Source: Eledone cirrhosa (lineage: Eukaryota). Taken from it: a stretch of DNA of 64,000 nt. A program made the position numbers and the translations under genes. Below, in pieces: positions 34,981 to 48,399 of the stretch. Numbering within the stretch: the stretch's first letter is position 1; each line of letters opens with the position of its first letter. The notes below the pieces were generated by a model. The model was not told where the DNA came from. It made no database searches and was given only the letters and a program-made list of their open reading frames with translations. Location of the stretch: assembly GCA_964016885.1 (NCBI GenBank), contig OZ024746.1, positions 101,680,001 to 101,744,000 of the forward strand, given 5' to 3'.

Positions 34981-35251
34981 CACACACAGAAATGGATATA
35001 TATTTCTGTGTGTATATATATATATATTACATACACTGAAATGTATATATATTACTGTGTGTATATATATATATTTCTGTGTGTGTGTATATATATATAT
35101 ATTACACACACAGAAATGTATATACATTTCTTAGAACAAAATTATTATTAATGTTTTGCTGTTCATAACAATTGGAATTGAAAAATTACTTTTGAAATTA
35201 TTAGTTATTTTACTAATGCTTAGATATGTAAAAATGAAGCAATGTTTCTAA

Positions 35252-35442
35252 TAATTGTTTCTACTTTTGGCACAAGGCCAGCAATTACTCAGTACATTAC
35301 TGGTACTTTATTTTATCGACCCCGTGCGGATGAAAGGCAAAGTTAACCTCGGCGGTATTTGAACTCAGACCGTAAAGGGACGTAACTCCATGCTATGAAG
35401 CATGGTGTCCGACTCTCTACAGATTCTGCCAATCCACCGCCC
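35252..35442 (-). mobile_element. tRNA-derived SINE
   Basis: Same family as 11524-11710 and 18353-18536. Confidence 0.9.
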
Positions 35443-36002
35443 TAATGTCTGTACGTAATGAGGGAGTGAGAGGGGAGAGAAAGAAAGGCAGAGGTGAAGT
35501 GACGAAGTGACTCTCTCCTCCTCCTCTTCCTCCATCTCCCCATTCGTCACAGCGATAGAGGGGAGGAATGTTAGTGTGTTACAAAGAGAAAGAGTGAGAG
35601 TGAGAGAAACAGACAGACTAAAAGAGAGGGATAGCTGGAGAGAGAGAGAGATAGCAACCACGCGCGCACGTGTTTCCACTGTCGGACAGACAGACAAAGA
35701 AATTGCTGGTTATATATTATAAGGAGATGTAAATGTATATACATATATATGTGTGTGTTGGTGTTTTTATGTATGGATATATATATATATAGATGTATGT
35801 GTCTCTGTGTATATATATATGTGTATATATATATGTGTATATGTGTATATATATATGTATATATGTGAGCGCGTGTGTGTGTGTGTGTTGTTATATATTC
35901 TTATTTATTATTCCCCCCCCCCTTTTTTTCCCTCCAGCCTCACTTTCATATCTGTTATATTTTTGTTTTTCAAATCCACTGTCAATAAAGACACCAGGAT
36001 TT

Positions 36003-36062
36003 TTTCCTTCTGATGAATGAAAGCAATTTTGGTTGCTTTCAAGAAACCACTGGTAAATGAAA
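36003..36062 (+). ncRNA. Type I hammerhead ribozyme motif
   Basis: TTTCCTT-CTGATGA-A TGAAAGCAA ttttgg TTGCTTTCA A-GAAA-CC ACT GG-TA-AATGAAA. Helix II is a perfect 9 bp, and the downstream flank is homologous to the 1-110/3031-3198 family. Confidence 0.78.
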
Positions 36063-36156
36063 TAATTATCTTATGTTGTTTATTACATAACTAATAAGCT
36101 CGTTAACCTACATAGAGCACTCTTTTTCCCTGGACCTTTCCGACGGAATCACTTCA

Positions 36157-36204
<48 letters not shown>

Positions 36205-36668
36205 ATTGAAAAAGTGAAGAATATATATATATATATTTAATAATAGAAATGGCTTCTACAGGACTAGAACTGTTTCATTCGGGATACACTTATATATATG
36301 TAGATATATATTAAGTCTAACACAAATATCATTTCAAATATTTCTTCGGCATGTTTTGCACAGATAAGGCTTCAGCTAAAGACAGTCGTGAAACATGAAA
36401 CAATTTCACGATGGAAATAAATATAGTAAATAGTGTTTACTTACAGTTCGTAAATAACGAGATGTTTTTTTCAAAGAAACAACCAGTCCAGTTGGTGTTG
36501 GGGACAAAACGGCTCTGATTGCACAATTTCTATAGCATTCTCATTATTTTCAACATAACAATTACTCCATTTGGTCACCAACTCATTCAAGTGGCTACTC
36601 AAATTAAGTATATATATATATATATATATATCACGATAAATTAACGGAGGCATAGGCCGTCGTTATTC

Positions 36669-36722
<54 letters not shown>

Positions 36723-37589
36723 TAGCTGAATGGTAAAGAAGCAGACTTGACAAATAATTAAGTCTTAATTATAATTAAGATCTGTCCACAGAATGAGAAA
36801 GTTATCAGGATGAAAGTAGTAAAGTGTACGTTAGGAAATAAAAATAAGCCGATAACATATCTTAATGATCTCTCCGACTGAAGAGTAGTCTTAAGATCGT
36901 TTTAAGTGTTAAGGGACAACAAAAGTGTTTATTTGTTTTCCTCTTTTTAGGCTACTTATTCAAAATAGAAGTTTAAAAGTTATAAATACAAACTATAATA
37001 TCTATATAGATATAAAGACACACACTGAAAAATCTGTAGATTTTAGTTTGTAACAAAGACTAATATTTGTTTGGGATGGAGTATGTGCCATAGAGTAAAG
37101 GAAACATCCTCAGAAAACCTAAATGCCTCACCCCACCAAAAAAATCCAGTAGTAAGAAAGGAAACCAATAATTGTTTGTATTATGAATATATTTCTTGCA
37201 TCTCTAGTTCTAATCCAGTGACAGTTTCTACAAAATGCAAAGGAGATAGAATTTACTATTGCAGGGAATACGTCACTATAATTTTTAACCCAAATCATCC
37301 AACATTCAAGAGACAGTGCCCAGCAGAAAATCTCTCAATCATACCCCTCTGTTTTAACCCTTTTGATACCAACACCGCTGGTTCTGCCATACAAAACTGC
37401 TAGTTTTATTTATCTTTACAAAAAAAAACTTGGAATGAGGCAGAACAAGTCTAGCAGCCAAAAGAGGCATCGCAACCGACGTTGTCAGAGTTAGTATATA
37501 ACAAAAGCCATGATTTGGTCTTTGGTTGAGTACGCTCCGCGTACTCAACGTACTCAACTGTTGAGGACGGATCACGGGATGGACTTCAA

Positions 37590-37980
37590 TGCCTATCTCA
37601 TTGGCTTGCTGCGACACTCGATAATGGAGGCGCAGTGCTACAAAAGACCAATAACAGCTCATAAAATACGGACGGCAATAGTTGGCTGCATGAATGGCAA
37701 ATCATTGGGTTTTAAATATCTGCCCTACGAACTTTACATTTACCTGCCAGACTTGATCGACAACATATTGGCAGACATCTACATCAACTTGCAACAGAAT
37801 GGGAGAATTTCCAGTTTTCTGCGAGCCGAGGGATGGTGGCGTTGCTGAGAAAGGGTGCGAACAACAGGGAACATATAGAAAACTTCATGTCCGTAACTCA
37901 GCTAAACGCAGAGATCAAGATTTTGGTCAAGGTATTAGTAAAGAGGTTGGCGATTGTTGTCACCAGTGTATTCGACAGGC
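37590..37980 (+). mobile_element. Tx1/L1-clade LINE RT fragment
   Basis: GKSLG..LPYELY..LPDL...NGRI and VALLRK...NFMSVTQLNAEIKILVKVL. Confidence 0.75.
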
Positions 37981-38447
37981 ATAGATATAAGCTATCACAA
38001 ACTAATCCATTCACGAACGCATACACATGTCATAATCACGTGACTTGCAACATGTGAGTCTAACATTCAGACTTTAAGATTCCAATTCCGTAAGAAACCC
38101 TAAGAATGCTGATGAAGAAATAAAGAACTGCATAAAACTTCATAAAATACAATTACATACAATAAAAAAAGGCAGTAAAACTGAGCCAACAAACACTGCT
38201 GATGATGAGATTGTGAAGGTCTGAAAACACAGATTAAATTATGGACTTAGGAACTTTGTTTTTTCCAACGAACTGCAGATGACTGGTCAGAAAATACCAG
38301 AAGGTTCTAATAAAGAAATTGAAACTAAAAAACAAAACAAAAACGAAACGTCATATCTTGAGCAACACTCACACACATACGAAAATTCAACTCAAAAGAA
38401 CAGTGATGATATATTCTAGTTTAACGCTTTATATAGCAGGGAAAGAC

Positions 38448-38483
38448 TCTCGATGTTTCGAACATTAGTCTTTCATCGAAAGA
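38448..38483 (-). ncRNA. Degenerate minimal hammerhead (family of 10680), followed by a tandem deleted copy
   Basis: TCTT-TCGATGA-AAGAC TAAT GTTC-GAAA-CA-TC-GAGA; the duplicate at ~38530-38555 keeps CTGATGA but lacks helix II. Confidence 0.45.
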
Positions 38484-39453
38484 TAGAATGATGATATATA
38501 TTAGTTTAGCGCTTTATATAGCAGGGAAAGACTCTCAATGTTTCATCAGAAGATAGAATGATAGATAGAAGAAATAGAAAGATAGATGAGAGTAAGAAAA
38601 GGAAGAAACGAAAAAAAAAAAAAAAATTACGGTTGGGAAGTACATATGTGTTTAAGTCAGCCATTTTATACACACTCACACCATTCAGAATCCCAGTACA
38701 CTAGATTAAGGTTCCTGGTCATGAATTCATTAGTAATGCGCCAGTGTTGAATAAATTTCCATCAATTCCCATATGCAGCCGTCTTCCTGGAGATAAGGTA
38801 GATTTTCTTACAATTATCATACTTCAAACATAAAACTGGTTCTCTCATCATAGTTCAATAAGATAATAATTACAAGCTTGGTAATCTTTTCCAGATTGAC
38901 CTTTTCATTCGGGAAAACAGAAAAAAAAACAACTCTTAAAGATGAAAGAGGGAACGACTGAATCTGCCTTACATATGATATATCAACAATGAGCCTAGTG
39001 TATTCTATAAATAAATATATTTGTTCTGTAATATTAGCGAGTACGGTAGACTCCTGATGAATAAAGTTTGCGTCCACTTTCTAGTACTTTCTATAGTTAC
39101 ATTAGTTAAGTTTTAATGTCATGGGGAACAGTGTGAACATCATTGTTACGACATCCTTCTATTAGAAATACAGAGCTGATCGCCCGTTCATGGCCACGTG
39201 GAAATTGATACATGAAAATCCATGTCTTTTTAAGAAAGTAGAAATGGCCTATATTTTAAGAGAGAAATTGGATATGATGCTTCCCAGTGAACATATTTAA
39301 AACTAGATCTAATATATAACACATATGTCAGATTATTTTTGTGTTTAAATTGAAGATATCTAGTTAAGATAGAAATAAGCAAAGGTGTGGTAAGATACCA
39401 GGTGGACCATAACACACCAGAGTACTCGATACTTAGGGTAGTAGAGTGGGTAA

Positions 39454-39537
39454 TAGGAAAAGAGTCAGCACCCCGACGACTGAGCTCCGGGTCGAAACGG
39501 CCGGAGCTCAGCCGTCGGGGTCCTGACTCTTTTCCTA
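39454..39537. repeat. Palindromic element (37-bp arms, centre deleted)
   Basis: taggaaaagagtcagcaccccgacgactgagctccgg pairs with ccggagctcagccgtcggggtcctgactcttttccta. Confidence 0.9.
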
Positions 39538-39690
39538 AGATAGAAATATGTATATGAGACTGGAATTTTAGTATTTCTATTATCTTTATTACTAAGAAAT
39601 AAATTAAACACGATTCTAGAATTAAATTACAATCATTTTTGCTACTAAGTAACTAAATATAACTAAATTTTTTCTTCCTTAAAAAGTGAA

Positions 39691-39865
39691 ACAAATGGAC
39701 CAATCAAAAGGACGCTATTACAAATGGACCAATCAAAAGGACGCTATTACAAATGGACTAATCAAAAGGACGCTATTACAAATGGACCAATCAAAAGGAC
39801 GCTATTACAAATGGACTAATCAAAAGGACGCTATTACAAATGGACCAATCAAAAGGACGCTATTA
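39691..39865. repeat. 29-bp tandem repeat, six copies, containing CCAAT boxes
   Basis: Unit acaaatggac(c/t)aatcaaaaggacgctatt. Confidence 0.95.
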
Positions 39866-40789
39866 GATAGAAAAAAAAACTGTTCATAAATTGTAATAAC
39901 TTGTTGAGTTGTTTGTCAACTGAATTCAGATTTTATGTTGAAACAACCAATTACATCGTGGATGAGTGACTTTAAAAACAGGCAAAAACTGTTTCATTTT
40001 CCCTTTCTTAATAATACTGTCTTCTATAAAATATGACACAAGTGTGATAAAATCGTTTGCTATGTAATAGAAATTATTAAGAAGTAAAAGAAAACTAAAG
40101 AGAACAGTTTTTGTGTTTTTAAATGATTAAAATGACTTCCAATTACTGTGATGAATTAACACGAGAGGGGGGACAGTAAATGGTCTACTCTCGGGTCTCA
40201 AATAATGCCCCCCCCCCCCCCCGCGCTTGTTAAATCTTGCTAATCTACTTCCGGCGAAATTTTATTTTTATTTTATTTGACAGCACCCTGCTTATTCCAA
40301 CGAACTACTATTATTTTGGACCTTACATTAAATTTAAAGGAAAAATAAAGGCAACGTGCAAAATAGTGTAAATACCAAATGAAAGAAAAAGAGAAAAAAA
40401 TAGTGAGAAACAATTTTATGCTCGCTTAACTTAGCTCATAAAAATAACTTGATACACTTTCAGAATGAATAGAAGAATAACAACAAAACTACAACATAAG
40501 ACCGCCTGGTCTCTTCCCATCAATTCTAGATAATCCAGCTGGTTCCAGAACTGACTACAACAACATAACTACAACATAAGACTGTCTGGTCTCTTCCCAT
40601 CAATTGCCCCGGGGCCCCTGGTGTGTGTGTGTGTGGAGGGGATCAGTGACAGCTGGGGGAATTTATTTGTGCCCTCAGCTTGTCTTTTTGGTTTTAGGAT
40701 AATTAGATTTTTTTTATTTAATACCTGTTTGTATAACTGTTCAATTATAATTACTTGCGCCAAGCTGACTTTCTTCACCCTCTTATTCC

Positions 40790-41160
40790 AGAAAGAGTCG
40801 TGGAGGTCAGAGTCCTCAACCACTCCTTCCGGCGGGTCCTGTCAACCATCTCCAACTGATTGGATGGATCCCCAAGCAAGACCAACCAAGTTCATGGATG
40901 TTATCTAACCATTTTACCCTTGGGTCTCCTGCCAACTGGTTTTGCCCGTAAAATCTATCCAGTGATTATTTCTTGAGACATTCTAGCCACATGCCCATAG
41001 TATCGGAGCTGTAGTCTCTCAATTCACAGAAGTAGTGGCTCTACCTGGAGTGACTCTGATCTCCAAGCTACACACTCTATCGAGTAACATTACACCAAAG
41101 ACCCTTCGGAGGAACCCCATTTCAATCACTTGTATTCACGTTTGTATTTTTGGGGTCATA
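40790..41160 (-). mobile_element. Expander/Rex3-like RTE LINE 3' fragment
   Basis: Reverse complement aligns with 30985-31345 (gaaatggggttc...cagctccgatactatgg...gacaggacccgc). Confidence 0.85.
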
Positions 41161-41168
41161 ACAATTAC

Positions 41169-44100
41169 AGACAGTGTTTGAGAGGAGGGAGAGACAGTGT
41201 TTGAGAGGAGGGAGAGAGTGTTTGAGAGGAGGGAGAGACAGTGTTTGAGAGGAGGGAGAGACAATGTTTGAGAGGAGGGAGAGACAGTGTTTGAGAGGAG
41301 GGAGAGAGTGTTTGAGAGGAGGGAGAGACAGTGTTTGAGAGGAGGGAGAGACAGTGTTTGAGAGGAGGGAGAGACAATGTTTGAGAGGAGGGAGAGACAG
41401 TGTTTGAGAGGAGGGAGAGACAATGTTTGAGAGGAGGGAGAGACAGTGTTTGAGAGGAGGGAGAGACAGTGTTTGAGAGGAGGGAGAGACAATGTTTGAG
41501 AGGAGGGAGAGACTGTGTTTGAGAGGAGGGAGAGACAATGTTTGAGAGGAGGGAGAGACAGTGTTTGAGAGGAGGGAGAGACAGTGTTTGAGAGGAGGGA
41601 GAGACAATGTTTGAGAGGAGGGAGAGACAGTGTTTGAGAGGAGGGAGAGACAGTATTTGAGAGGAGGGAGAGACAGTGTTTGAGAGGAGGGAGAGACAGT
41701 GTTTGAGAGGAGGGAGAGGCAGTGTTTGAGAGGAGGGAGAGAATGTTTGAGAGGGGGGAGAGACAGTATTTGAGAGGAGGGAGAGATAATGTTTGAGAGG
41801 AGGGAGAGACAATGTTTGAGAGGAGGGAGAGAGTGTTTGAGAGGAGGGAGAGACAGTGTTTGAGAGGAGGGAGAGACAGTGTTTGAGAGGAGGGAGAGAG
41901 ACAGTGTTTGAGAGGAGGGAGAGACAATGTTTGAGAGGAGGGAGAGAGACAATGTTTGAGAGGAGGGAGAGACAGTGTTTGAGAGGAGGGAGAGACAGTG
42001 TTTGAGAGGAGGGAGAGACAGTATTTGAGAGGAGGGAGAGACAGTGTTTGAGAGGAGGGAGAGACTGTGTTTAAGAGGAGGGAGAGACAGTGTTTGAGAG
42101 GAGGGAGAGACAGTATTTGAGAGGAGGGAGAGACAGTATTTGAGAGGAGGGAGAGACAAAGTTTGAGAGGAGGGAGAGACAGTGTTTGAGAGGAGGGAGA
42201 GACTGTGTTTGAGAGGAGGGAGAGACTGTGTTTGAGAGGAGGGAGAGACTGTGTTTGAGAGGAGGGAGAGACAGTGTTTGAGAGGAGGGAGAGACAGTAT
42301 TTGAGAGGAGGGAGAGACAAAGTTTGAGAGGAGGGAGAGACAGTGTATGAGAGGAGGGAGAGAGTGTTTGAGAGGAGGGAGAGACTGTGTTTGAGAGGAG
42401 GGAGAGACAGTGTTTGAGAGGAGGGAGAGACAGTGTTTGAGAGGAGGGAGAGACAGTATTTGAGAGGAGGGAGAGACAGTATTTGAGAGGAGGGAGAGAC
42501 AGTGTTTGAGAGGAGGGAGAGACTGTGTTTGAGAGGAGGGAGAGACTGTGTTTGAGAGGAGGGAGAGACAGTGTTTGAGAGGAGGGAGAGACAGTATTTG
42601 AGAGGAGGGAGAGACAAAGTTTGAGAGGAGGGAGAGACAGTGTATGAGAGGAGGGAGAGAGTGTTTGAGAGGAGGGAGAGACAGTATTTGAGAGGAGGGA
42701 GAGACAGTGTTGGAGAGGAGGGAGAGACAGTGTTTGAGAGGAGGGAGAGAGACAGTGTTTGAGAGGAGGGAGAGACAGTGTTTGAGAGGAGGGAGAGACA
42801 GTATTTGAGAGGAGGGAGAGACAAAGTTTGAGAGGAGGGAGAGACAGTGTATGAGAGGAGGGAGAGAGTGTTTGAGAGGAGGGAGAGACTGTGTTTGAGA
42901 GGAGGGAGAGACAGTGTTTGAGAGGAGGGAGAGACTGTGTTTGAGAGGAGGGAGAGACAGTGTTTGAGAGGAGGGAGAGACAGTGTTTGAGAGGAGGGAG
43001 AGACAGTGTTTGAGAGGAGGGAGAGACTGTGTTTGAGAGGAGGGAGAGACAGTGTTTGAGAGGAGGGAGAGACAGTATTTGAGAGGAGGGAGAGACAAAG
43101 TTTGAGAGGAGGGAGAGACAGTGTTTGAGAGGAGGGAGAGAGTGTTTGAGAGGAGGGAGAGACTGTGTTTGAGAGGAGGGAGAGACTGTGTTTGAGAGGA
43201 GGGAGAGACTGTGTTTGAGAGGAGGGAGAGACAGTGTTTGAGAGGAGGGAGAGACAGTATTTGAGAGGAGGGAGAGACAAAGTTTGAGAGGAGGGAGAGA
43301 CAGTGTATGAGAGGAGGGAGAGAGTGTTTGAGAGGAGGGAGAGACTGTGTTTGAGAGGAGGGAGAGACAGTGTTTGAGAGGAGGGAGAGACAGTGTTTGA
43401 GAGGAGGGAGAGACAGTATTTGAGAGGAGGGAGAGACAGTATTTGAGAGGAGGGAGAGACAATGTTTGAGAGGAGGGAGAGACAGTGTTTGAGAGGAGGG
43501 AGAGAGACAGTGTTTGAGAGGAGGGAGAGACAGTATTTGAGAGGAGGGAGAGACAGTGTTTGAGAGGAGGGAGAGACTGTGTTTGAGAGGAGGGAGAGAC
43601 TGTGTTTGAGAGGAGGGAGAGACAGTGTTTGAGAGGAGGGAGAGACAGTATTTGAGAGGAGGGAGAGACAGTATTTGAGAGGAGGGAGAGACAAAGTTTG
43701 AGAGGAGGGAGAGACAGTGTTTGAGAGGAGGGAGAGAGTGTTTGAGAGGAGGGAGAGACAGTGTTTGAGAGGAGGGAGAGACAGTGTTTGAGAGGAGGGA
43801 GAGACAGTGTTTGAGAGGAGGGAGAGACAGTATTTGAGAGGAGGGAGAGAGTGTTTGAGAGGAGGGAGAGACTGTGTTTGAGAGGAGGGAGAGACAGTAT
43901 TTGAGAGGAGGGAGAGACAGTATTTGAGAGGAGGGAGAGACAGTGTTTGAGAGGAGGGAGAGACTGTGTTTGAGAGGAGGGAGAGACAGTGTTTGAGAGG
44001 AGGGAGAGACAGTATTTGAGAGGAGGGAGAGACAGTATTTGAGAGGAGGGAGAGACAGTGTTGGAGAGGAGGGAGAGACAGTGTTTGAGAGGAGGGAGAG

Positions 44101-44730
44101 AGACAGTGTTTGAGAGGAGGGAGAGAGACAGTATTTGAGAGGAGGGAGAGATAATGTTTGAGAGGAGGGAGAGACAATGTTTGAGAGGAGGAAGAGACAA
44201 TGTTTGAGAGGAGGGAGAGATAATGTTTGAGAGGAGGGAGAGACAGTGTTTGAGAGGAGGGAGAGACAGTGTTTGAGAGGAGGGAGAGACAGTGTTCGAG
44301 AGGAGGGAGAGACAGTGTTTGAGAGGAGGGAGAGACAGTGTTTGAGAGGAGGGAGAGACAGTGTTTGAGAGGAGGGAGAGACAGTATTTGAGAGGAGGGA
44401 GAGACAGTGTTTGAGAGGAGGGAGAGAGACAGTGTTTGAGAGGAGGGAGAGACAGTGTTTGAGAGGAGGGAGAGAGACAGTGTTTGAGAGGAGGGAGAGA
44501 CAGTATTTGAGAGGAGGGAGAGACAGTATTTGAGAGGAGGGAGAGAATGTTTGAGAGGAGGAAGAGACAGTGTTTGAGAGGAGGGAGAGACAGTGTTTGA
44601 GAGGAGGGAGAGACAGTATTTGAGAGGAGGGAGAGACAGTGTTTGAGAGGAGGGAGAGACAATGTTTGAGAGGAGGGAGAGACAGTGTTTGAGAGGAGGG
44701 AGAGAGTGTTTGAGAGGAGGGAGAGACAGT
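41169..44730. repeat. 23-bp purine-rich minisatellite, ~155 copies
   Basis: Unit gtgtttgagaggagggagagaca with 20- and 25-bp variants. Confidence 0.98.
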
Positions 44731-46070
44731 TTTTGATAGGGTTGACCATCGAAACCTGGTGGTTTTCCCCAAAGCATCTGGCTTCTGTCCCATCTTCAGA
44801 GGCTGGGTCACTGCAATGCACAGCATCTGCTTGGTGGTCAAAGTTAATGGGCCAACTTTCGAGACCATTACCATTTCAGATCACATGACCAGTCCATCAA
44901 GGGTTCCCTCTTTCCTTCCTTCTGTATGTATTGCCTCTCAAGTTTTTATTACAGAAACTGGAGCTGTTGCAGGGCATCCTTCTCAAACTGGAATGAGAAA
45001 GGGCTGCATCATCATATGTGGACAACATCACTGTGATGGTCTCAAACACCTCAGAAATTGAGGTGGTCAGCATCTTCTTAGAGGAATATGAAATGTTGAC
45101 AGGAGTTAAACTGAACCTGAAAAAGTTTGTGGGTTTGTAACTTGGTACCTGGAGAGGCAAGTCCATTTTGCTCAACAATGTCATCGGACACTGGATGGAC
45201 AGACTGGTCAAGTTGATCAAAGTTTGGTTCAGACCTTCAAGTGGATAAGAACTGGGATAAGGTTACAAGCAAGGTGACAACTCTCACAGAGAAATAGACC
45301 AAGAGGAAGCTATCCCTGAAAGGTCAGGCAGAGGTGGCAAATGCTTACATTGCATCCATCATCTATTACCACCTGACTGTCATGCCTTGTCCCTGTTCAC
45401 ACCTCTACAAATTGGAATGTTTGATCTTCAACTTCATGTGAAAGGGACAGGTTCCATTGGTGAGGAGGTCCATCTGCTGTCTGCACCCTCTGAGTGGAAG
45501 ACTGGGCTGATGATATGCAAACAAGTACTGAGGTTATGGCATCTTCAGATATTTTTAAATGGTCAACAGGTGTGGTCACCTTTTGTGAAACAGGTTTTCC
45601 ACAACTCAATTCTTTGACTGAGCTGCAGTCCTGGGTCTAGAAGAGACCAAGACTGTTGCCTGATGCTCACTGATGGAATCAAATTGACCAGTTTATTCTG
45701 GAGGCCTTTTAAGTTGGGAACTATGAACAACTTCCAGAAATCTCTGGTTGGTAGGGAGTGGAGGGGGGGATACTGCCAGTTCAAGATAAACTCTACAGGC
45801 ATAGAAGTGCGGTCAGACAGAGCTGTCCGAGGTGTGTGCACTCATCCAGTATCCATGCATTACTAACTTGTGGAGTTTTGTCAAACAACTGGTATCACGT
45901 AGTTCAAGATTGGTGGGTTTCCTGTCACCCCTAGGTGGTACTACCTCCAAGAGGGAAATTTTCATTGTTGTATTTTTATTGTTATCATTTGATTTTTTTC
46001 TGTAACCCTCACTGTCCCTGTTTTTGAATTGTCCCCTATATGTCAACTCTTGTGGCCAATAAAGAAATCA
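44731..46070 (+). mobile_element. Tx1/L1-clade LINE, RT to 3' end, degenerate
   Basis: FDRVDHR..GF.PIFRGW, SYVDNIT and LSLKG; AATAAA followed by (TTG)n; homologous to 58770-60950. Confidence 0.85.
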
Positions 46071-46385
46071 TTGTTGTTGTTGTTGTTGTTGTTATTTGTT
46101 TTTACATGGAAACATCAGCGTTCAGCTTGCTATGTTGGTGGTGACCACATTTTCTTGTTGTTGTTGTTGTTGTTGTTATTATTTGTTTTTATATGGAAAC
46201 ATCAGCGTTCAGCTTGCTATGTTGGTGGTGACCACATTTTCTTGCACCATCAATAAACAGAAAGAAAACTGAAATTTCATTGTTCTTCTCAAAGTCTGTG
46301 TACGTGAGATTTCAATGTTTATATATAGTTAGTGGTTCAAACACATATAAAAGACAAGATATATATATATATAGTTAGTGGTTAC

Positions 46386-47640
46386 ATATATAATAATAAA
46401 TAATAATGACAATATATAATAATAAATAATAATGAAATTATTGTGTACAGTGCTCAGGTGCACTACAACTCATCAAAGGTGCATGTATAGTACATAGAAT
46501 AATATACAAATGCCAGGGAAGTGAATAGTGTATGAGTCATAATATACATGTGTGCGTGTGTATGGAGGGGGAATATTAGGTGTTGTGTTGGCGAATCTCA
46601 GGAAGCATGGAGGTTTTAAAGGTTGCAGTGTCTCGACAGCTAACAACTGATGCAGGTAGTTTGTTCCATGCTTCAGCAACTCTGAGCGTGAAAATATGTT
46701 TCCGAAAGTCATGGGAACTGTGCTGTTTTCTGACTTTGTTGGCTTGCCCACGTGTGTTAGACACATGGAAATCGAAAAGGTACTCAGGGTTGTTATTGGC
46801 AAGATGGTTAATAATGTTGTGGGTGTTTACCAAGTCAGTTGCCAGACATCAGAGCTTCAATGTATCCATGCCCAGGGAAGCAAGGCGTTCAGAGTATGGT
46901 AGATGCCTGATGGAGGGTATTCGCTTGGTTGCACGTCTCTGAAGAGTTTCCAGGAGGTCAATGTTCTGAGCAAGATAAGGGTTCCAGACTGGTGATGCAA
47001 ATTCTAAGTATAGCCGCACCATAGCTATATACAGCTTTAAATAGATAGTTGGAGAGCGGCTGACAAAGGTCTTGCTGAGTGATGCTAAGACACCCTCGGC
47101 CTTCTTGATAATTTTAGAGATGTGCTTCGTCCAACGCAAATCGCTGCTGACAGTAATGCCCAGGTCACGTTCGCAGGAAGACTTCTTGATATTAGTGTTG
47201 TGGAGGGTGTATGTTAATGTTGGGTTTTTACTCCCAAAATGCATGGTGGTACACTTGTCCACAGCCAGCTTGAGTTGCCAGTCCATGATCCATTGCTGCA
47301 TTGTATCCAGGTCTGATTGCAGGAAAGATCTATAGTGTTCAAGATCTATCCTTTTTATCTCAAGGTACAGCTTGATGTCATCTGCATATTTCAGTACTGT
47401 GGCATTCTTTAAGTTGGCATCTATGTCATTAATATATGCCACAAACAAAAGGGGGCCAAGAACAGATCCCTGTGGTACACCAGATAACATCTCATATGGT
47501 GAGGAATGCTGTCCTAGAACCATGACTACCTCTTTTTGACTGAGAATGAAGGACTTCAATCAGTTAAAAAGATCATCCTTCACACCCATTGCACAGAGTT
47601 TTGCCATAAGTCTTTTGTGTGCCACAGAATTGGAAGCTTT
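46386..47640 (-). mobile_element. CR1-clade LINE, 5'-truncated, with a putative 13-bp TSD
   Basis: ORFs 46849..47559 and 46576..46833 are very similar to 7903-9132; flanked by agttagtggttac at 46373-46385 and 47641-47653. Confidence 0.93.
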
Positions 47641-48399
47641 AGTTAGTGGTTACGTACAAAAGACAAGATATAAATTGCCCTTTATCACCTACAGAGCCAT
47701 AGCTTCAGAGATTAAAACAAAAAATAGCTCCCTAAATTACAGAGAAACAATCAGGTAAGTCCTATTATCTTTTAGTTCACAGCAGTGGTATAGAAACGTG
47801 TGGGAACAGCATTCCCTTACTTTTAAAATCGTCTAATACAAACATGCAGCCCACGGGGGACCCTCAATTTGATATGCCTGGTCTAATAGAATGAATGTTT
47901 TATTCATTTTCGCACTAAAGATAGAAAATTTTAGCTGAAGAATTACCAGAGTATAAACTTCCAAGTTTTTCAGGCTTTATAGTAATAAATAATAGCTGCA
48001 CCCTTAGATTTTTTACAGACCAGTGGCTGGCTTCCCTCACAGTTGTCAAATATCTTAACCCTTTACATTACTCTATATTTACTATTGTATTTTCATGGTA
48101 AACACTTTATTTCACATAATATTGAATCTATAAGATTTTGATATTATGTATTTTGAGAACAATACCATAACCTAAGTATAAGCAACCGATTATGGCAAAT
48201 TTGAATAGAAAGAGATGAGAGAATTCTGGCCGGATGTGGGGTTAAAACATGTTAAACCTGATAGTAGTTTGTCTATTCTATATATTCTTAGGGCAATATT
48301 TTCTAATTCATTGGCATATTCTATTTTTAATAAATGGCAGAAAATCGATTAAAGATCTTTATCATTTCTTCAATTTAAAGTGGAATTTGTATTTTCTGA

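Noticed and set aside
41122-44874. Very long ORFs (1250, 1213 and 916 aa) on the minus strand
   Set aside because: They are translations of the stop-free 23-bp repeat, open in all three frames with the same cyclic peptide; no evidence of a protein.
46070-46243. ~88-bp tandem duplication with (TTG)n as a possible duplicated exon
   Set aside because: There is one open frame, but the splice donor is present in only one copy and the peptide is unrecognisable. A simple local duplication suffices.
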